Source: Candidatus Levyibacteriota bacterium
GTDB taxonomy: Bacteria; Patescibacteriota; Microgenomatia; Levybacterales; UBA12049
Direction: 5' to 3'
Length of the DNA: 64,000 bases
Assembly (NCBI GenBank): GCA_016182185.1
Contig: JACOXU010000001.1
Location: 274,915 to 338,914, forward strand
Under the pieces are notes generated by a model. That model did no database searches. It worked only from the letters and a program-made list of their open reading frames with translations, and had not been told where the DNA came from. Below are positions 58,620-64,000 of this stretch, one piece after another (position 1 is the stretch's first letter; each line of letters begins with the position of its first letter). The translations under genes were made by a program, and so were the position numbers.

Positions 58620-59541
58620 TATTTCCGGAAATAAAATCAATGAGTCTTAAGGTATCGGAAAATCTATCATCGCTTCTTAAAACTACAATAATTAAAGTGT
58701 GATCTTTCTCAACTTTTGAAGTAATAAGTACACCGCCTGCCTCGTCTGTAAATCCGGTTTTTACCCCGTTGACGCCGTAGGCTCCCAAAAGTTTGTTTAA
58801 ATTCGAAATGTCATAGATATTCACGCCATCAATGTCTGAGATTATCTTTCTTTTGGTAGCAACAATTTGGGATAAGGTTTTATTATCAAGAGATATTGAT
58901 GCAAGCCTGGCCAGATCAATTGGGCTCGCGTAATCCTCATAATCCAGAAGGCCGGCAGGATCTTCAAAATGCATATTGTAAAGATGGAGCCGTCTGGTGT
59001 TCTCATTCATCTTGTCTATAAATGCTTTTTCTCCTCCTGGAAAGTTTTGAGCAATAACGAAAGCGGCATCATTGGCAGATGGCAAAAGCATCGCATATAA
59101 TAAATCTCCGAAAGTCATTCTCTCGCCCTCTGATAAGCCAATCACTGATCCTTCTATTCCGGTTGATTTGACAGTTAAAATATCAGTCAAATCAAAATAT
59201 TCAAGAGCAGTCAGTGCCGTCATTATCTTCGTAGTTGAGGCCGGTGAGAAACGTAAATTTGGATTTTTGCTAAAAAGAACAACAGATGAATCCTTATCCA
59301 TGATAATTGCAGCTTTGGCAGAAATTTCGGGCGGATTTGTATTTTTTAAAAGCGGATAACTATTTACCTTTGTTGTAATTGGGATCGGCAGTATTTGATT
59401 ATTTAATAAAACCTGCTGAATATAGATATCATAGACAGAAATCATAATTAACAACACTACTACAAAAAGAGGGATTAAGAATATATTGGGTTTTGTGAAG
59501 TTTAATACTGCGTGGTCAACTGACCTGAGAATATCTTTCAT
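58594..59541 (-). CDS. D-alanyl-D-alanine carboxypeptidase (peptidase S11)
   Basis: PASTTK (SxxK), SAN (SxN), KTG; N-terminal TM; exact start uncertain. Confidence 0.9.
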   Translation of the reverse strand: MKDILRSVDHAVLNFTKPNIFLIPLFVVVLLIMISVYDIYIQQVLLNNQILPIPITTKVNSYPLLKNTNPPEISAKAAIIMDKDSSVVLFSKNPNLRFSPASTTKIMTALTALEYFDLTDILTVKSTGIEGSVIGLSEGERMTFGDLLYAMLLPSANDAAFVIAQNFPGGEKAFIDKMNENTRRLHLYNMHFEDPAGLLDYEDYASPIDLARLASISLDNKTLSQIVATKRKIISDIDGVNIYDISNLNKLLGAYGVNGVKTGFTDEAGGVLITSKVEKDHTLIIVVLRSDDRFSDTLRLIDFISGNINYLTIRP

Positions 59542-60871
59542 CGACTCTCTCCATATCTCTTGGGAAAAGACTTGCCTCTCTAATATTTGACAGTCCTAAA
59601 ATATCCTTAGTCAATCTCTCAAGTCCCATGGCAAATCCTCCCTCAGGCGGCATACCATATGAGAATGCCTGAAGATAAATCCCAAAATTTTCAGGCTTGT
59701 TTTTCCATTTGACAATATTTTCCATCAGTCTGTTATAGTCATTGATTCTTTGACTTCCTGTAACCCATTCCTCATTTATACCCAAAAGATCAAAACTTAA
59801 AGTGTAATCGGGGTTTTCTGAATCAGGCATGGTATAAAACGGTCTTTTTTTAGTCGGATAATGAGTTATAAATACAAATGGCGCACCGTATTCCTCCTTG
59901 GCCCATTTGCATATTTCTTTCTCATCAAAGGGGTCAAGATCCATTTCCTTTCTGTGATCAGTTTTGGTTCTCTTGAAAATTATTTCTTGGGCTTCCTGCA
60001 TCTTAATTCTTGGGATTTTCTTTTTTATCTGAAAGACTGAAGTATTGAATAGTCTAAGTTCATTTTGATTCTTGCTATTAACCTCTTCAAGCATATTTAA
60101 GACTATTTTTTCTGCCATATCCATAAGTTCTTTCCATGAATTGATAAACCCGAATTCCGCATCAAGACTTATGTATTCTGATAAATGTCTGGTTGTCACC
60201 GAAGGTTCTGCTCTATAGGCATGTGCGATTGTAAAAACCCGTTCATAAATTGAAGTCATGATTTGCTTATACATTTGAGGTGATTGAGCAAGATAAGCCT
60301 TGTGATTATAATAGTCAACAGGAAATACTTCCGCTCCTCCTTCAGTTGCAGTTGGAACAAGGGTAGGAACAAAAATTTCTGTAAAATTTTCCTTCTTCAG
60401 CGTTTCCCTAAATGATCCAACAAGTGTTTCCTGAACTTTAAAAATGGCTGAGACTTTGGGATGGCGAAGCGTTAAAGAACGATTATCAAGAAGAGTAGGC
60501 AGTTCAAGATTTAATTCTTCTCCCCCCATGTCAAAGGGCAATGGATTTGCTTTTGCGATAACCTTAATATCTTTTACTTCGATTTCTATTTCTCCGGTCG
60601 GTAAATCCTTATTCACCGTTCCTGATGGTCTTGCTTTTACATTTCCCATTATCTCTATTACAAATTCCGGTTTTATATCCAAGGCAGTTTTATAGGTATT
60701 TTCGGCTATTTTAGGATTTACAACCAATTGAACGATTCCACCTCTGTCTCTTAAATCAAAAAAAATAAGTTTTCCATGATCTCTTCTGGTCTTAACCCAG
60801 CCTTTTAGTAGCACCTCTTTACCTATCAACTCAGGGGCTCCAGAGGAAAGACTTCTTTTTAATTGTTCCAT
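59516..60871 (-). CDS. aspS: Aspartyl-tRNA synthetase, short archaeal/non-discriminating type
   Basis: 451 aa; OB fold GWV..RRDHG..FFDLRD, LAQSPQMYKQ, YRAE..RHLSE, PPEGGFAMGLER; lacks the bacterial GAD insertion. Confidence 0.92.
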   Translation of the reverse strand: MEQLKRSLSSGAPELIGKEVLLKGWVKTRRDHGKLIFFDLRDRGGIVQLVVNPKIAENTYKTALDIKPEFVIEIMGNVKARPSGTVNKDLPTGEIEIEVKDIKVIAKANPLPFDMGGEELNLELPTLLDNRSLTLRHPKVSAIFKVQETLVGSFRETLKKENFTEIFVPTLVPTATEGGAEVFPVDYYNHKAYLAQSPQMYKQIMTSIYERVFTIAHAYRAEPSVTTRHLSEYISLDAEFGFINSWKELMDMAEKIVLNMLEEVNSKNQNELRLFNTSVFQIKKKIPRIKMQEAQEIIFKRTKTDHRKEMDLDPFDEKEICKWAKEEYGAPFVFITHYPTKKRPFYTMPDSENPDYTLSFDLLGINEEWVTGSQRINDYNRLMENIVKWKNKPENFGIYLQAFSYGMPPEGGFAMGLERLTKDILGLSNIREASLFPRDMERVDERYSQVS

Positions 60872-60942
60872 TAGCTCTCATTTTACCTTGATTTTACCCT
60901 CTTGACAAGGTATATTTAACTTGATATATATTGATATAGAAC

Positions 60943-61050
60943 ATGAAATTATCTTTGCACACAATTAAGCCTATTTCCCTCTTTATTGTATAAGAGGGAG
61001 GAGGTTTTGTGAAAATCCTCCCAATATTTAAAAACGGGAGGTTTTTTATT
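60943..61050 (+). promoter_or_regulatory. Putative leader-peptide transcription attenuator
   Basis: uORF MKLSLHTIKPISLFIV* (60943-60993); alternative stems TCCCTCTT/AAGAGGGA, GGGAGGA/TCCTCCC and CCTCCC/GGGAGG followed by TTTTTT; TTGACA at 60902. Confidence 0.6.
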
Positions 61051-61059
61051 TAAGAAACT

Positions 61060-61359
61060 ATGAATAGACAAGAGAAAATAAATGGTTCAAGAAGAATCTC
61101 TGTGCATGATATGCCTGATTTTACTGCCGCACTGGAGCAGTACGGAGAGATATTAAAAACGACAGGGGTGCCTCCTGCCCGCGCAGAAGCATGTACAATG
61201 GGTATTATAGATAAAGCATCAACAAAAAGAGAAGAGGCTAATAGGTTTATTAATTTTGTTGCAAAATTATCTAAAGAAATTCAGAATGGAAATGGAAATC
61301 ACCAAGAAGAGGTCGTCGTTTTCAGCGCTAAAAATGGTTCAGGGAATGGATCGGCGTAA
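61060..61359 (+). CDS. Hypothetical protein (99 aa)
   Basis: ATG-initiated ORF filling the gap between aspS and recJ, downstream of the attenuator-like leader. Confidence 0.6.
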   Translation: MNRQEKINGSRRISVHDMPDFTAALEQYGEILKTTGVPPARAEACTMGIIDKASTKREEANRFINFVAKLSKEIQNGNGNHQEEVVVFSAKNGSGNGSA

Positions 61360-63135
61360 ATCCTTGATCTTAAGCTGGAGCTTGCTGTTTCCATTCCATT
61401 CATTTTTTTCAATTTGATAGACAAGATCAATTCTGTCGCCTATTCGAATTTCATTTGAACGCTCACCCATCCCAAACCCTATGCCTTCAATTTTGAGATT
61501 TGAAATTTGAGTTTTGAGATTTAATTTTAGGTGCCTCCCATCCATTCCGACCAGTCTCATATCTTCAATAATTATATTTTTACTCACAAAGGCAGGTTGG
61601 GAATTCCCCATTCCAAACGGAGCAAGTTTTTGCAAAACATTATAGAATTCTTCATTCAAATAATTAATATCAAATTCACAATCGATATAAAGACTTCTGA
61701 CAAACAAGTCTTGAGTTAAAATTTTATCCGCGAGTTTTTCAAGTTTTTTTTGAAGAAGCTCAAGGTTTATTGTTTCGACTGTAAATCCTGCAGCCATCGG
61801 ATGGCCTCCGACATCGACTAATAAATCTGATGCGCTTCTGATAAACTCGACTATATTGAATCCGCTGATCGACCTTGCTGATGCCTTAGAATAAATTTCT
61901 CCTTTTGAGATAACAATAGAGGGTCGATAAAATTCCTCAACTAATTTTCCTGCTATCAATCCGATGACTCCCTGCTGGTACGATTTATCTGCTATTAAAA
62001 GAAGTTTTGGAATTTGTGATTTGGAATTTGTGATTTGAAGTCTTGCGTGTTCAAAAGATTTAAGTGTGATTTCTTGTCTTTTTCTATTGGTATGCCCTAA
62101 TTTGTAAGCCAGATCTTTCGCTCTTTCTTTACTCTTAGTACAAAGGAGTCTTAAGCTATCCATTGCGTACTCAAGCCTGCCCATGGCATTAAGACGCGGA
62201 GCAATAATATGTCCAATTTCATATACGCCAATTAAAACTTGATCGATTCCCGTTTCTTCAATTATTGCCAAAAGGCCGGGTCTTTTGGTTTTCCTTAATT
62301 CCTCAAGACCGAATTTTACAAAAGTCCTATTTGCACCCTTTAAAGGAACCAGATCCGCAATTGTTGCCAAAGCAACAAGTTCAAGATGTCCAAGCGAGGA
62401 GTCCACAAAATTTTCGTTGTGAGCTTTTGCGCCACCTGCGTTTCGGGTTGAGGGAGATTTGACCGCACTGCGAACACGAAAATTTTTGCGGGCGACTTCA
62501 GCATTTATTTCTTGCGCCAGCAAGAATGCTACTCCTGCCCCGCAGACTTGTGTAGTATGGACAAAACTGTAGGCTTTGGGCAATTTTTGTGCCGATACAT
62601 GATGATCTGTAATAATTACATCAATCCCCTCTCTATTGGCAAGATCGACGGCATCATTTGCTACAATTCCATTATCAACAGTGATAATCAAAGAACAATT
62701 TTTTCCGTCCAACTGGCGGATTAAATTTTTAATTCCTGTCTTCGACAGTCCGTACCCTTCATCCATTCTGTGAGGAATATATGGCAATACTTTTGCACCT
62801 AAATCATTTAAGGTTTCCCATAAAATAGCAGTCCCGCAAATTCCATCTACATCATAATCACCATAAATAACAATTTCCTCCTTGCTTATAATCGCTCTAT
62901 TGATTCGGGCAATCGCTTTCTTAAGCTGTTTTTTATCGATGCCAACACTTGAAATCGTTACATCTGAAAGCTTTGGATTTAAAAATTTTTCCTTTTCTTT
63001 TTCGGTTTTAATTCCCCGATTTTCAAGAAGAACGTTTAAAATTTCTTCGATCTTTAATTTTTTATTTTTTATTTTGCCCGCCCCGCTTCGCTTGTCGAGG
63101 CCGGGGAATTTATTTACGATTTTCCATTTTTTCAT
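61339..63135 (-). CDS. recJ: Single-stranded DNA exonuclease RecJ
   Basis: 598 aa; YGDYDVDG, ITVDNG, ITDHH, PRLNAMGR, SARS, GGHPMAAG, PFGMGN. Confidence 0.96.
   Translation of the reverse strand: MKKWKIVNKFPGLDKRSGAGKIKNKKLKIEEILNVLLENRGIKTEKEKEKFLNPKLSDVTISSVGIDKKQLKKAIARINRAIISKEEIVIYGDYDVDGICGTAILWETLNDLGAKVLPYIPHRMDEGYGLSKTGIKNLIRQLDGKNCSLIITVDNGIVANDAVDLANREGIDVIITDHHVSAQKLPKAYSFVHTTQVCGAGVAFLLAQEINAEVARKNFRVRSAVKSPSTRNAGGAKAHNENFVDSSLGHLELVALATIADLVPLKGANRTFVKFGLEELRKTKRPGLLAIIEETGIDQVLIGVYEIGHIIAPRLNAMGRLEYAMDSLRLLCTKSKERAKDLAYKLGHTNRKRQEITLKSFEHARLQITNSKSQIPKLLLIADKSYQQGVIGLIAGKLVEEFYRPSIVISKGEIYSKASARSISGFNIVEFIRSASDLLVDVGGHPMAAGFTVETINLELLQKKLEKLADKILTQDLFVRSLYIDCEFDINYLNEEFYNVLQKLAPFGMGNSQPAFVSKNIIIEDMRLVGMDGRHLKLNLKTQISNLKIEGIGFGMGERSNEIRIGDRIDLVYQIEKNEWNGNSKLQLKIKDLRRSIP
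61489..61523. repeat. Heptamer tandem array inside recJ
   Basis: AATTTTG AGATTTG AAATTTG AGTTTTG AGATTTA; encodes LNLKTQISNLKI. Confidence 0.8.
62003..62037. repeat. Heptamer tandem array inside recJ
   Basis: AGTTTTG GAATTTG TGATTTG GAATTTG TGATTTG; encodes QITNSKSQIPKL. Confidence 0.85.
62399..62498. mobile_element. MITE-like palindromic element inserted in frame in recJ
   Basis: Perfect 11-bp inverted repeat AAAATTTTCGT (62407-62417) / ACGAAAATTTT (62476-62486), outer AGTC/GACT pair, GC-rich core; adds about 33 aa. Confidence 0.7.
63049..63106. repeat. Weak heptamer run plus GC hairpin in the recJ N-terminus
   Basis: GATCTTT AATTTTT TATTTTT TATTTTG, then CCCCG-CTTCG-CTTGT-CGAGG-C-CGGGG (63081-63106); encodes PGLDKRSGAGKIKNKKLKI. 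Confidence 0.65.
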
Positions 63136-63144
63136 CTGATTTCT

Positions 63145-63163
63145 TCTGCTATACTATAGCAGA
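63145..63163. promoter_or_regulatory. Symmetric bidirectional extended -10 element between recJ and cca
   Basis: Perfect inverted repeat TCTGCTATA-C-TATAGCAGA; reads TGc-TATACT on plus and TGc-TATAGT on minus. Confidence 0.6.
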
Positions 63164-63185
63164 CACTTTCAAAGCGTGGCAAGGT

Positions 63186-64000
63186 ATGAATATTCCAGCT
63201 GAAATTATCAAAATCTATAAAAAGTTTGAAGAGGCTGGTTTTGAAATTTATCTGGTCGGTGGCTGTGTAAGAAACCTGCTTCTCAAAAAACATGTAAAAG
63301 ACTGGGACATGGCCACAAATGCAACCCCTGAAGACATGCTAAAGCTCTTTCCTAATGCTTTTTACGACAACCAGTTTGGGACAGTTGGAATTCCCCTTAA
63401 AGACTTCAGAATTGCAGATACACCTGAACATCCAGGAGTAGTTGAAACAACAACTTATAGAACTGAGCATGGTTATATAGATCGTAGGCATCCTCAAAAA
63501 GTCTCCTGGGGAAAAACAATCGAGGAAGATCTATCTCGTCGTGATTTCACGATCAATGCAATCGCTCTAAAGATTGAAAATGGCACTACCTCAGATAAAA
63601 TAATTGATCCCTTTGATGGGTCATCTGATTTAAAAAAGAAAATAATTAAAGCCGTTGGCGACCCTAAAAAACGCTTTAAGGAAGATGCTCTCCGCCTTAT
63701 GAGGGCAATAAGATTTGCCGCACAGTTATCGTTTACGATAGATGAGCAAACGTGGATTGAAATTACAAAAGATGCATCTTTGATAAAGGAAATTTCAAGT
63801 GAACGAGTAAGAGATGAACTCTTAAAAATAATAGGAAGTAACTTTCCTTATGAAGGCATTATTCTTCTTAGGAATAGCACTCTTTTGGATCATATAATGC
63901 CTGAGCTTATCGAAGGAATTGATGTTTCGCAAGTCCGCCCTGGAAGGCATCATACAACTGATGTTTTTACTCACAATCTTTTATCTCTCAAATTTTGTCC
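63186..64000 (+). CDS. cca: CCA-adding tRNA nucleotidyltransferase (class II), partial
   Basis: Not in the ORF track; translated by hand: MNIPAEII...YLVGGCVRN...KDWDMAT...EEDLSRRDFTINAIA...FKEDALRLMRAIRF. Runs off the right edge. Confidence 0.9.
   Translation, partial: MNIPAEIIKIYKKFEEAGFEIYLVGGCVRNLLLKKHVKDWDMATNATPEDMLKLFPNAFYDNQFGTVGIPLKDFRIADTPEHPGVVETTTYRTEHGYIDRRHPQKVSWGKTIEEDLSRRDFTINAIALKIENGTTSDKIIDPFDGSSDLKKKIIKAVGDPKKRFKEDALRLMRAIRFAAQLSFTIDEQTWIEITKDASLIKEISSERVRDELLKIIGSNFPYEGIILLRNSTLLDHIMPELIEGIDVSQVRPGRHHTTDVFTHNLLSLKFC

Overview
AT-rich bacterial chromosome segment using genetic code 11 (TGA is a stop). Gene content and style point to a Patescibacteria/CPR genome, most likely Microgenomates; this is inferred, not searched. 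Bases 1-38.3 kb are one minus-strand glycosylation locus that runs off the left edge: 17 GT-C-fold membrane glycosyltransferases (5 ArnT/PMT-like, 4 YfhO-like, 4 'PTPS-related', 4 others), 7 GT2, 1 GT4 and a Wzx flippase. Next come a CMP-kinase-like gene, tRNA-Glu(CTC) and a type IV pilus-like operon (PilB, PilC, four prepilins, one fused to a beta-propeller). The rest holds lon with a CIRCE-like operator, an MgtE-cytosolic-domain/NRAMP pair, a broken tspO, a TrmH-family gene, tRNA-Gln(CTG), IMPase, Nudix-like, DgkA and PAP2-like genes, gltX, a DD-carboxypeptidase, aspS, recJ and a partial cca. The most unusual signals lie below gene level. (1) About ten 7-bp-period tandem arrays sit in frame inside unrelated proteins, in both orientations. 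(2) GC-rich palindromic/MITE-like elements sit in frame in gltX and recJ, with a look-alike between genes. (3) A leader-peptide attenuator precedes an orphan gene. (4) Many -10 boxes lie 6-9 nt before start codons, suggesting leaderless mRNAs. All family assignments come from motif recognition by eye; no database searches were run.
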